This document shows, piece by piece, positions 37,709 through 49,069 of a stretch of 64,000 nt of DNA. The notes below the pieces were generated by a model, which worked only from the letters and a program-made list of their open reading frames with translations, ran no database searches and was not told the DNA's origin. A program made the translations under genes and the position numbers. The stretch lies in assembly GCA_030704615.1 (NCBI GenBank), contig CM060733.1:22816001-22880000 (forward strand). The letters are read 5' to 3'. This DNA comes from Takakia lepidozioides (Eukaryota; Plantae; Bryophyta). Each line of letters opens with the position of its first letter. Position 1 is the first letter of the stretch.

Positions 37709-39490
37709 GGAAATGAGGTTTCAGATTTCCGTCCGGAGTGATTCTTTCGATTACTGCTGGATGGAAATACGGCGCCGCATTTCCGTATTACATCTTGGCC
37801 ATGCACCAGAGCGACGGAAATGCGGCACCGAGTTTCCGTCCGGGGGAAACCTTTACACTCTTCAGAACGGAAATGCGGTAACGCATTTCCATCCAGCAAG
37901 CACGGTATGTGAAGGTGGAACAGAAATGCGGTACCGCATTTCCGTTCTGATTGAGAATCATGAACAACGGGAACAAAAATGCGGCACCGCATTTCCGTCC
38001 GAGTCGCACTTTCCGACATTCCAGAACGGAAATGCGGCACCGCATTTCCGCCCGGGTGAGACCTTCATACTCTCCAGAACGGAAATGCGGTAACGCATTT
38101 CCATCCAGCAAGCACGGTAAGTGAAGGTGGAACGGAAATGCGGTACCGCATTTCCGTGCTGATTGAGAATCATGAACAACGGGAACAGAAATGCGGCACC
38201 GCATTTCCGTCCGAGTCGCACTTTCCGACATTCCAGAACGGAAATGCGGCACCGCATTTCCGCCCGGGTGAGACCTTCATACTCTCCAAAACGGAAATGC
38301 GGTAACGCATTTCCATCCAGCAAGCACGGTATGTGAAGGTGGAACGGAAATGCGGTACCGCACTTCAGTTCTGATTGAGAATTATGAACAACGGGAACAG
38401 AAATGCGGCACCGCATTTCTGTCCGAGTCGCACTTTCCGACATTCCAGAACGGAAATGCGGCGCCGCATTTCCGTTTTGTATCTGATGCATGGAGCCGAG
38501 TGCAATTCCGACCGCTTGAGACATTCATACTATCCAGAACGGAAATGCGGTACCGCATTTCTGTTCTGACTGAAAATCGTGAACCATCGGAACTGAAATG
38601 CGGCAGCGCATTTCCATCCGAGTCGCACCTCCCTCACAAGCTAGAACGGAAATGCGGCACCGCATTTCCGTTCTTATGAAAAATCGTGAAACATCGGAAC
38701 TGAAATGCGGTACAGCATTTCCGTCGGAGTCGCACCTTCCGACATTCCAAAACGGAAATACGGCGCCGCATTTCCGTTTTGTATGTGAGGCATAGAGCTT
38801 TGGAACGAAAATGCGGCACCGCATTTCCGCCAGGGTCAGACCTTAATACTCTACAGAACGGAAATGCGGTACCGCATTTCCATTCTGACTGAAAATCGTC
38901 AACAGCGGGAACAGAAATGCGTCGCAACTTCCGACATTCTAGAACGGAAATGCGGCGCCGCATGGAGTTGTGGGACGGAAATGCGGTGCCGCATTTCCAT
39001 CCATGTGAGACCTTCAAACTTTCCAGACCGGAAATGCGGCACCGCATTTCCGTTCAGTGAGACCTCTATACTTTCCCGAACGGAAATGTGGCACGGCATT
39101 TCCGTTCATCAACTAAGGTATGTGAAGGGGGAACGGAAATGCGGTACCGCATTTCCGTTCAGATTGAAAATCATGAACCACGGGAACTGAAATGTTGTGC
39201 CGCATTTCCGTCCGGATCGCACGTTTCGACATTCCTGAACGGAAATGCGGCGCCGCATTTCCCTTTTGTATCTCATACATGGAGCTGTGGGACGGAAATG
39301 CGGCACCGTATTTCCGTTCAACAACTAAGGTATGTGAAGGTGGAACGGAAATGCGGTGCCGCATTTTCTTCCAACAAGCACGGATGTGTAGCTTCGTGAT
39401 GGTACTTAACGGAAATGCGGCGCCGCATTCGCATTTTCACTCCAACTCCAAATTTGAACACGTGGAGCAACGGAATTGCGGCACATGTCT
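37709..39490. repeat. Array of ~33 palindromes GGAAATGCGGYRCCGCATTTCC with 53-bp period (212-bp higher-order unit of 4), between the two divergent genes
   Basis: Starts at 37763, 37816, 37869, 37922, 37975, 38028, 38081, 38134, 38187, 38240, 38293, 38346, 38399, 38452 ... 39135, 39188, 39241, 39294, 39347. Confidence 0.97.
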
Positions 39491-39842
39491 GCACTCTATC
39501 TGACTGAAGTGGCATGAGGCGGCGCGGCCTGACCGTTGGATAATGATGTTTGTTTTTCGGACGGCAGGCGTATCCTGAACGATTCAAATTTCGTAATGAC
39601 GCAAAGTCCACGAGGAGACACTTTCCTCCAACCCTTTCGAACCCAAGTGCTGCATCACCGCCGTTTCATCTTCTTTTGTCGTGTCTCCTCAGTCACCCCT
39701 CTCGCGCCCTTTCCATCTGCACTCTTCGCCCCTTTTCCCTGTCTCTGTTCTTCTTATGCTCGAACCTGAGAGGGAGGGAGTGCGTGCACCAGAGAAGAGA
39801 CATCGTCGCAAGCTCCGAAAATTGTACTTCGGACGTAGGCCA

Positions 39843-42800
39843 ATGCCGAAGGGGAGGAAGCAGATGCGTCTACAGGAGGAGATTGCCATCTCGCAGCATC
39901 AGGCCACGCAGGCAACCCAGCCACCAGTGAGAGCTCCGTGCTATCGGGATTCGCCAGCTGATCGAGCACCGAAACCCGCCTCATTTTTCTTCTGCAATTC
40001 TTAGACTGTATGCTAGGAGACTTGACTGCAGAAGATGTTTGCATGCCTAACCGGAAAGGTGGACGTGCTGGAGGGATCGCAGGAATCCGAAGAGCCGCAG
40101 GCAGAGTCCGTGGAGCTAGCTGCAGCACGCACACCCAGCCGATCCACGAGCACGGGTCTTCCTGCCGGTCCTAGCCCTGTGCGTTTCAAGGACGCGGCTT
40201 CCAAGGGCAAGTCTTTGCAGTTCAAAGCCCCAGAGAGCGACTCGCCTTCAAAGGTCATGGAGAATCGCCAGCAGGGGTCTAGCCCTTCTCCAGCAAAGAC
40301 GAAGAAGAAGCAGCCCGTCCTTCAACTTGTTTCTGAACCGGACCAGGCCGTTTCCCCCCCACCCAGGCGAATGAAGCAGATTCAATTGCAGCAGACACCT
40401 TCACCTGCAAGAATGAGGAAGCACAAGGCAATCAGGGGGAGGGCGGAGCAGTCTCCCGCAAAACCGATTCCACGAGCTGAAGCCCAGTTCCTGCTTGATT
40501 TCCAACTGCTGCAGCGAAGGCAATGGGATCGACCGTCGATCTGGTACCGGAGGAGGGTGCTGCCTCTCAACGTTCTCAGCAAGACCTGACCACAGTTGAG
40601 GAAGACCTGACCACTGAAGGCCCGGAGGAGGCCTCTGCAATTGCACAATTGTCCGCAAAGATTCCCCAGAGTGCAGCTCCAGTTGGGGATGCTCAAGCTG
40701 CTCAGCCCCTGCCGCCACCAGCAGAAATGTCTCCGGAGGAATTCCAAAGTGCAGCGGATACAATGTTGGAGGAGACACATAGTAGCATTGGCAGAGTTCT
40801 GGGCAGCAGGGTATTCCAGCGGACTCTTCGAATCCCACTCTGTCGCATGGTCTCCCTTCCCATCGTCAGGCAGGCACTTCCCGGAGATGTGGATAAGCTC
40901 AAGTTCGCATTTCGAGAAGGGTACCGTCTAGGTTCGCCAGCCTTCTACGTTTCCCTTGAGAATGAGGACGGCGAATCTCGTGGACCCACTGCGGAGGAAT
41001 TGTCAACATGGGATACCCACTGGCACACTCGCAACGACGAATTCGAGGCAACCCTGAAGGGTGATCCCGACTTCGGCCATATGTCGGGTAAAATGTTCTT
41101 TGTGTGGGACGGGAATCACCGACTTCTCGCCTGGTGGGAGTACATCAAGCAGAACCATGCCAAGCACATTGGCTGGCATTACATGGTGGAGTGTGTCATC
41201 CTCAAGGTGAAGGCGGCAGACTCCTCCCTGCTCAAGAATGCCATGGCGGACCTCAACTCGTAAGATACTCATACCCTCCCAAGCACGTTCGAAATGCGGT
41301 GCCGCATTTCGGTTTCCAATCTGTTTTGTTTCCGTGCTTTCGTGGACTGAACTGGAGAGTGTGCCTTGCAGGGTCACTGAAAATGCGTACGTGCATACCC
41401 ACATGGCACATATGCTGTACAGGGTGAGGAAAACTGGTCTCACTGATCCGCACATGTTCGCGGAAATGCTGGAGCCCGAGCTCATTCAGAAAGCCGTGGC
41501 AAAAACTGACCGGACATGGTATCGTCTCACTATGGATGGAATGGTGGAGGTGATATACGAAGTAAGTCGTCCTCCCATTTCCCTCTGCTCATCCTTCCCC
41601 AATTTCCGGTAATCTTTCCACATGAATCGAATGTAACGCTTCTGCATGTTTTTGTTGGCAGTCAAACATCAAGCTGGATTTGGCCCATGCCAAACGCTTC
41701 TTCATGGAAAGTGAGGGGCAGGTCAAAACGTTGCAGTCATTGACTGAGCACTTGAAGGAAGCCGGGGTCAAGTCCAGAACGAAATACAAGTCAAAGCTTG
41801 TGAAGCTGGTGGCCATTGCAGATCCGGCACTTGGAAAGGACTTCATCCCCGAGATTGCAAAACACTATTCTCGGGCCATGCAGCCGACCATGCAGTTGGA
41901 GAAACTGCATCACCTCTCAACGGCATGTGTTGAAGCGAAAGAGAAGGTGATGTTTCAATTCACTGAAGTTCCTTCCTAGCAATAGCCACTCTTCTTCCTG
42001 CTCCTGACATTGGATCGGAAATGGCAGACACGGTGGCTGTCGATCTGGAATGCATCGGAGAGTATAAGGACAATGTGGTCTTTTCCACTCGAAGTTTCCG
42101 ACCCTGCAGTGGATGTGTGGCTCAACCGCATGACTTGGTGGTTCCAGGTAATTCAAGGTACTTCCCCAGAGTTGCTTTTCTGAAATGAATTCCCTGAACT
42201 GCTACGTGACAATGCATGTGGGAATCGCAGGTAATGACGAATGCGAAGGAGCAAGTCGTAATGCATACAAATTCGTTCGGCTTGTACGTCAAATGGGATG
42301 GAACACAGACATTGGAAGACTACGTGACACGTTTCAGATGTGCTTACAAGGACAACCTCTTCGCCAGGGAGCTGCAGACAGCAAGAAGGAGCGTGGAGTT
42401 TACACATCAGGAGGGAGCGGGAAAAGCTGCAATGCGAATTGTTTACAGGTGAAGCCCAGCTGTCCTTGTATGCAAAGCCTGGTAATGAGGTTTGTCTGGG
42501 AAATGCGGCACCGCATTCGCATTTTATGTTTTCGGTTGCACTCTGCGAGTACGTTGGTCTCAACTTTTGCTCACGCATGCTGACTGCCCTGCAGGTATAT
42601 GAAATACGTGCTTCTTCAGACAGGGGCCCTGGCTCAAGAGCCCCCGTTCTTCATGGCTTGGACCGTGGCGGGCCCAAGCTGTGTCTACACACCCGAGATG
42701 CAGAAACAATGGCATGCCGCGCATCTGGTTGGATGCCCGTGGTACCTGGACATGTCTGGCGGAATTGTTGACGAGTCTGAGAAAGATCTGCACGCGAAAG

Positions 42801-44947
42801 CAGAAGAGAAGAGAAAGGAAAGACGTGTCCCTGCTCGGCCAGAGTCGGCAAAGGAAGCTGCTGCTCTGGAACAATCCAGAAAGGCAGCTGAGATGGCACA
42901 GAAGACGGTGGATGCAGCTGTGCAGGCTCAACAGAAGGGGTCGAAGAAGCGGACTCGCCAGCAAGGAGCAGCAGTTGTGACACCCAAGAAAACGAAGAAG
43001 CAGAAACAGATAGTGCAGGTAGAGGGTGAGGAAGAGGACTCCGATGGAGACTTTGCAACCAGCCCACCCCCCGAGACGCAGCCGAAATCCCCTGTGCCCA
43101 CCGTTGTCACGAGAGGGACGAGAACTGGCTCGGCAAAGAAGGCACTCTTCAACCCCCCGGGGGGGCACCCTTTCGAGCCGGTGGAAATGAAGAGGCCGAA
43201 AGTGGATCCCGATACAGTAGTCCAGTGTGTGAATGAGAGTTTCTTGGCGGCTTTGGATGGACGGGCAGCCAAGTTGGCATACATGAAGACCATGGAGGGT
43301 CTGAAGGGCAGAGCACTGAAGAAGGCGGCTGCCGAAGAGCCTTCCGACACCCCCGGGTTTCTGAAGATGGTCTCGTTCTTTGAGAGGGTGTGTGCAGACA
43401 AGGATTGCAGGAGGGGCGGAAATGCCACCGAGTGGTCTTGCGATATGATCATCTTGGATATTCCGGACGGAGAGCCTGTGGAAGGACTGCAAGCTTTGCC
43501 ATCTTGGAACAGGTACTCCGAGGACTTTTGGAAGAAAGGATTCGGGCTCGCCCGCATGGTGTTGGACGACAGAGGCTGTGTGGTTGTCCTGGCGAGCAGA
43601 GGCAAAAACACGCAGACAGGAATTGCGAAGTGGACCCGCAAGAGCGCCGTCCCAATTCTGAAGAAGAAGTGGACGTGCATCAACACATTGGGCCTTCGGT
43701 CGGAAGGGAAGAAGGTAATTACGACCTTGGCACTCGTCCTTTCATTTTCTTAGGAGTTTTGAAATGCGGTGCCGCATTCGATTTCTAATCGTTCCCCACT
43801 GTGTATGCAGACGAAGCAGTTCGATGCATACTGCTTTGTGAAGGAGAACTCCACCTTTGCTTTCCGGAAGGAGGGATTGTTGGTTGACCCGAACTGCGAC
43901 CCCATCGATTACGACGTCCTGTTCAACAACGTTCCCACGGAACTTCTCCCTCATAGCCTCACTTCAACTGAACCCCTGCGGTATTCACGCACTCGGAGCC
44001 CTGCCTTCATTCAGACAATTATGGAGACATGCACTGACGTGGAGGGCACAGTGCTCGACCTCATCTGTGGGACAGGTATGCAGAATCTTGTTGTATGCTT
44101 TTCTGCAAACTCTCGTTATGCTTTCATTCGCAACATCTGAAGGGCCATGTCATAATGTGTGGATGGCATTGTAACAGGTGCCTCAATGTGGGCTGGGCGG
44201 TTTTCCGACCGGCACCTCTTTGCCTACGAGGAGGACACAGCGTCTGGGGATCCCATCTGGAAGGGCTGCAACGGAATGTGAAGGCTCCCATCGAAGTCAA
44301 AGACTCCTCGGATTCGTCGGAGTCGGAGGAAGAGACAGTGGACATTGATGCCGAGGAGAACCCGGAATACGAGTGAGTGCAAACATTGTAAGTTTGCAAA
44401 GCCTTCTGTGTGATTTTTTGTCAAACGCATTTCCGGACTGTGGTTCTCATTGGTCTCGTTGGTGATTGTTATGTGCAGGATTGGAGGATCCGGGTCGAAA
44501 CATGTAAGGCCTACACTTCCTGCCAGGAAGAATGTCCCGTTCTTTGCGAGGGCCGACTTCATGACGAGCCCGGTGAAGGACTACTCCCTTCCTAGTTATG
44601 CAGCTAAACTCGCAAATACAGCGATTAGACGATGTGAGAATCCCAGTAAAGTAGAGCAGATTTTGGAGAGGGCTAGGGAGGACAGAAGGATAAGGAAAGA
44701 GTTGGCAACAGCTGAGGCAGGTAGACGGGTGCGAAAGTTCATATGTGATTCAGCGGATGAGAGCGATGCAGACAGGGAGGACGACGAGCCAACGGAGGTG
44801 AGATGGTCGGTTCCGCAAGGTGAAGATGGGATTTTCGAAAGCCTGGCCAACGACCAGTCCGCTGGAGATGAGAAAGGCAATGACGGGGTGGAGGCGGAGC
44901 AGGACAGTCAAGGACAGGACGACAATAGTGATGATTTTCAAGATTAA
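39843..44947 (+). CDS. Multi-exon gene: ParB/Srx-like domain + beta-class (N4C/N6A) DNA methyltransferase-like domain + acidic tail; two apparent frameshifts (about 40499 and 44240)
   Basis: Inferred GT-AG exons: 39843-39926, 40032-41259, 41372-41561, 41662-41946, 42028-42147, 42231-42448, 42595-43714, 43811-44075, 44178-44372, 44479-44947, all phase-compatible. Motifs: IPLCRM..DVDKLK..FFVWDGNHRLLAW; CDMIILDIPDG; RSPAFIQTIMETCTDVEGTVLDLICGTGAS..GRFSDRHLFAYEED. Confidence 0.75.
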
Positions 44948-45083
44948 TACAATTTTAATGAACTCTCTGTACATTTAAATTCAATTCCAGAGTATATAAA
45001 GGGAATTCTCCCCGTCCTTCATGTCCCCTCTCCCATGTGCTTCTAAACGACAACATCGTCCAAACCTGGTCCCTCCCAAAATC

Positions 45084-46116
45084 TGAAATGCGGCACCGCA
45101 TTTCAATGTCTGAACGGAAATGTGGCAACTGCAAAAACCTCGTTTGGAAATGCGGCACCGCATTTCCAAAACCGGGGCAAGAACAAATTTCCGTTTCATG
45201 GTTTGGACATCAGAAACTGTTCGGACAAACGGCATTTCCATTTCCGACACGGCAGTTTTGCCGATTGCCAGCTCCTTCCATGGATGTAAATCGAAATGCG
45301 GAGGTCGAACATGGAAATGCGGTGCCGCATTTACCTTTTGGAGATGGACATTTTTCCAACTGCAGACCCATCGACGTTCTTGGGCTCCCAATTCCATGAT
45401 GCTAGACGGGAATGCGGCACCGCATTCCATTGTCCAATAAGAAATTTCGATGACGTACATGGAAATGCGGCGCCGCATTTCCAAAAGGGACATCGTTGTT
45501 TGCCCAATTCCAGACCCTTTGACGGAAATGCGGCACCGCATTCCATCGTCCTATAAAAACTTACATTGTCCTATAAAAACTTTCAATTGCCCAACATGGG
45601 AAATGCGGCGCCGCATTTCCAAAACAGACATCGTTGTTTGTCCAATTCCAGACCCGTGTGGGCATTCCGTCTTGATGGACGGAAATGCGGCACCGCATTC
45701 CATTGTCCGATTCGATATTTTGATGACAGACATGGAAATGCGGTGCCGCATTTCCAGAACTTCCATCGTTGTTTGTCCAATTCCAGACCCTTCGACGGAA
45801 ATGCGGCACCGCATTCCATTGTGCTCTCCGGAAATGCTGTGCCGCATTTCATTGTCCGGTACGAAATTTCGATGACGGACATGGAAATGCGGTGCCGCAT
45901 TTCAAGTATGGACATGGACAAGCATTAGCGACTGGACATGCTTGGATAGTTCAAGGTCGAATATGGAAATGCGGCGCCGCATTTCAAATTCGAAGTATGG
46001 TAATGCCATGTCAGGAAATGAAATGTTGTACAACATTTCCGTTACGACGACAACGGAGGAAAGGGAGCTGCCAGAAATCGCTTCATGGAGAAAATGGAAT
46101 GCGGTGCCGAATTTCC
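45084..46116. repeat. Second array of element-B palindromes (~15 copies, less regular spacing)
   Basis: GGAAATGCGGYRCCGCATT(T)CC at about 45084, 45146, 45313, 45408, 45461, 45524, 45599, 45681, 45734, 45796, 45883 and 45965. Confidence 0.93.
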
Positions 46117-46392
46117 GAGCTTCGGCGTGTACATGTTTCCTACAACTCATACATGGATTTTCTTCACCTCAGGACTGTGATATCGCTGACTCTGGTATAT
46201 TCATATGGACAGACACATTGTAGAAATGAGACCTCAAATTGTAAACAGTGGGCCAATTACGGCAGTTCTTGAACACGATGAAACACAAGCACACAGAAGT
46301 GAGGTACGATGGGTTGTTTTATTGATCGAACACGGTGTCTCACATTTAGCAACTCCAGACAAATCTAAGCCCTTCCTCCTTCTACATGGGTG

Positions 46393-46968
46393 TCACCAAG
46401 TCGACGGAACTTCGATAGCCCTCAAAACAAGCTCATTACTGATGCGGCATCTCGAGGTAAACTGCAATGCGGTCGATCTGGTGCCCTTGGTGGAGCTGAC
46501 GACAATGTCATGCCCATCAATCATACCACCATCATACATTGACAAGGTCACTGTGGGCCTCCTGTGCCCGTGCGATTCGTCTTCGCAACTCAGCCGAATG
46601 TCTCCATACACTGGAAAAGCGGAGTGAACTCCACGAATATAGTTTTCCCCGGTGCCGTCCTCCCGCCACTGGCAGCAGTTCCAGCGCCAAAGTGAGGCCG
46701 TGCGTGATCTGTCCGGCATCCCATTCCACCTTGGTATATCGAGGTCAACAATTTTCAGGACCCACGGACCGCATTGACCCTCGCCCTCACCTCGCTCAAA
46801 GCGGTAATAGCCCTCCAGATACTCCATTGCGCGCAAAGACTCCCGCTTGATTCCAGATGCGTCTGTGAAAAGTGAAAGCCAGACAATGATGTCTCCTGAT
46901 TCTGGTTTGAACATAGCATAATCGTGGCCATGATAAGGGCAGTCAGCAGGATTTCGGCGGCACGACAT
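46393..46968 (-). CDS. Unknown ~190-aa protein (element B cargo, paralogue 1)
   Basis: Open frame MSCRRNPADCPYHGHDYAM..RWNCCQW..YGDIR..DGGMIDGHDIVV..ELVLRAIEVP; homology to paralogue 2 along its length supports coding status. Confidence 0.7.
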   Translation of the reverse strand: MSCRRNPADCPYHGHDYAMFKPESGDIIVWLSLFTDASGIKRESLRAMEYLEGYYRFERGEGEGQCGPWVLKIVDLDIPRWNGMPDRSRTASLWRWNCCQWREDGTGENYIRGVHSAFPVYGDIRLSCEDESHGHRRPTVTLSMYDGGMIDGHDIVVSSTKGTRSTALQFTSRCRISNELVLRAIEVPSTW

Positions 46969-47501
46969 CCCTGAAAAAGAGTAGCGCAGTACGCTCAATG
47001 ACAGCAGCTCCCGGATGGAGGAGGTAGCAGCGCGGTGGCTGGAAGAAATTCAAGCAAACGCTGCTACATTTAAGTTTCCCCCCGACAGGAACCTGCATGG
47101 ATGAAGATTGGCTCATCCATGAATGTAGCCGTTTCAGTTTCCTTCCCTGCCATGCAAACTATGGGCAGTAAGTGCTAGGTGGGCCTATAGCCACTCGAGA
47201 CGACGAAGTCCATCCCCCCTTCGATGTAAATGCGGCGCCGAATTTCCATCCGGGGGATGGACTTCGGTGGCAGATTTCAAACTATACCCCGTGGATGAGA
47301 AAGAGGTATTGGTTCATCCACCGCTGGCTTGTTGAACACGTTACACGATGATTGGTGGGTACTTGTGACCCAGATGGTCCATTATTGGAGCCCGCACTGC
47401 TCTTCCGCTTCTCATCATTTCGAAAATCTAAGGGCTTCGTTGCTGTCCGCAAGGTCATTGTCATCGGCATCAAAGATGTCCTCAGGTCCTTCTTTGCAAG
47501 G

Positions 47502-48063
47502 ATGTCGTGCTTCCGGAACCGGGACGACTGCCCTTATGGAGGCATCGATTATGCAATGTATTCGGCCACATCGGAAGACATCGTTATCTGGTACACAGAT
47601 TACACAGAAGATACTGGTTCGAATGTGGAACATTGTCCGCTTTTGAGTATCTCCCAGGCCAGTACGCCTTTGAGCGGGGTGACGATCTTGGTCTGAGGAG
47701 TCCGTGGCTCCTGCGCATCCTTGATTCCGATTTCCCAGCTACGACGGGCACCCATGCAGAAGAATGCGCACTGCTATGCTGTTGCGGTGGAATTGCTGCC
47801 AGTGGACGTGGGTGGACTCCATCGGAGAGACTTATACTCCTGAAGGAGTGCGCTCATCTTCTCCATTGTATGGGGACATTCGCATTGGTGTGGACGGCGA
47901 AAACGTGAAGCTTTCCATATTCGATGGTGGTATGATTGAAGGGCAGGACATTGTGGTGAACATCAATAGGGGCGGTACAACGGCTGCAATCCAGTTTACC
48001 TGGAGGAGCCCGAAGACTCATGAGCTAGTTCTCAGAGCAGTCGAAGTCCCATTGACAACGTGA
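47502..48063 (+). pseudogene. Unknown protein, paralogue 2 (two frameshifts, about 47632 and 47762)
   Basis: MSCFRNRDDCPYGGIDYAM../AFEYLPGQYAFERG..PWLLRILD../RWNCCQW..YGDIR..DGGMIEGQDIVV..ELVLRAVEVP. Confidence 0.7.
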
Positions 48064-49069
48064 CTTGTATTCAGAAGGCACATGGCTAAAGATTTGTTTG
48101 CACAATCAGCACAGTAGACGTGCTTCAAATGCAATTCATGTGGATCAATAAAAACCCCATTGTGCCCTCTTTTTGTTCTATTATGTATCCATCGTTCCCA
48201 AAATGCGTCATTCCTCATTTCGTTTGGGATTGGGAGTGTGGGTGGATTTTGCAAGTGGCTGGTAGGCTGAAATGGGCCCCCATTGTACAGATCAGTACCA
48301 CCCTACCATTCGCGAAACATTGCCTTTCAATATGTAATTCTAAAAAACATTGCCGAACCTCCTTCATCGGGAGGTCCTTCTCCCCCTATGACCGTGACAC
48401 CCTAAACCCTATTCCCGTGGACACTCATTTCCGGAAAATAGTCATGCTCATGTTTTTTTCGACACTTACGACTCTGCTCATGGCTCATGGCTCATGAAAT
48501 AGCAGCCCCCCCCACACAGTGCTCAATCTGGCTACTGTTGCAGATGTCTGCATTCACCCTCTTGCTTAAACTTATTGCGAGAGAATCCACAAGCCCCTTT
48601 GGTGAAAAATGTACAGCAAGGCAGTTTTAAATGATGGGATTTCAGGTCACAGACTGGTCAAGTGACCCTGAAATACAATAAATCTCAGGGAGCTTGTACA
48701 TGGCAAGCTAGATTGTAACTTAGTGCATATAACTTTGCAAACTTAGTCAATAGATGTATCTCAGAAATCCTAATCTTCCAACAGATATTCAGAAATCAAT
48801 CACCAGTCCCTAACTACCAAGAATGTGGTACACGTGTATATTTATTTAAAGATACTAAACCAGATCATCAACCATAACAAACCAAAACTTACACTCACCG
48901 GAGTTTGCCATGCATGCTTCCACATTTCGCGTTCATGTCAGCAAGGCCAGTCTCCACATTTACATCCAGTGCAATCCCAGCTTTGATGATGCCATGCTGT
49001 CATTTCATAACATGAGCCAAGAGCCCACATTTGCAGGATGGATTAACTTCTTCGCATGGTGCATTAAGA

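Larger units (their letters stand above)
32900..48510 (-). mobile_element. Complete large Mutator-like transposon, element B (~15.6 kb)
   Basis: Left end GAGGTTTACTATTTCATGAGC..(CATGAGC)n; right end (reverse complement) GGGGGCTGCTATTTCATGAGCCATGAGC. Flanks are CCCACACAT (32891-32899) and CCCACACAG (48511-48519), a 9-bp TSD with one mismatch. Encodes a MULE transposase. Confidence 0.9.

Noticed and set aside
37709-39490. CRISPR array (palindromic repeat with constant-length spacers)
   Set aside because: Spacers recur in a 212-bp higher-order unit instead of being unique, there are no cas genes, and the context is a eukaryotic transposon.
42560-43686. Long antisense ORFs (42560-43492, 42928-43686; also 34319-34996)
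   Set aside because: They are shadows of GC-rich coding exons on the opposite strand and show no recognisable motifs.
39843-44947. Bacterial or phage contamination as the source of the ParB-MTase gene
   Set aside because: The gene has nine GT-AG introns and sits inside a TSD-flanked element among plant repeats.
32891-48519. KDZ/Zisupton or hAT classification based on the perfect 8-bp flank match
   Set aside because: Aligning the two TIRs and element A's end places the terminus at G32900, giving a 9-bp TSD with one mismatch, and the D-D-CxxH-E plus C-terminal SWIM layout is Mutator-type.
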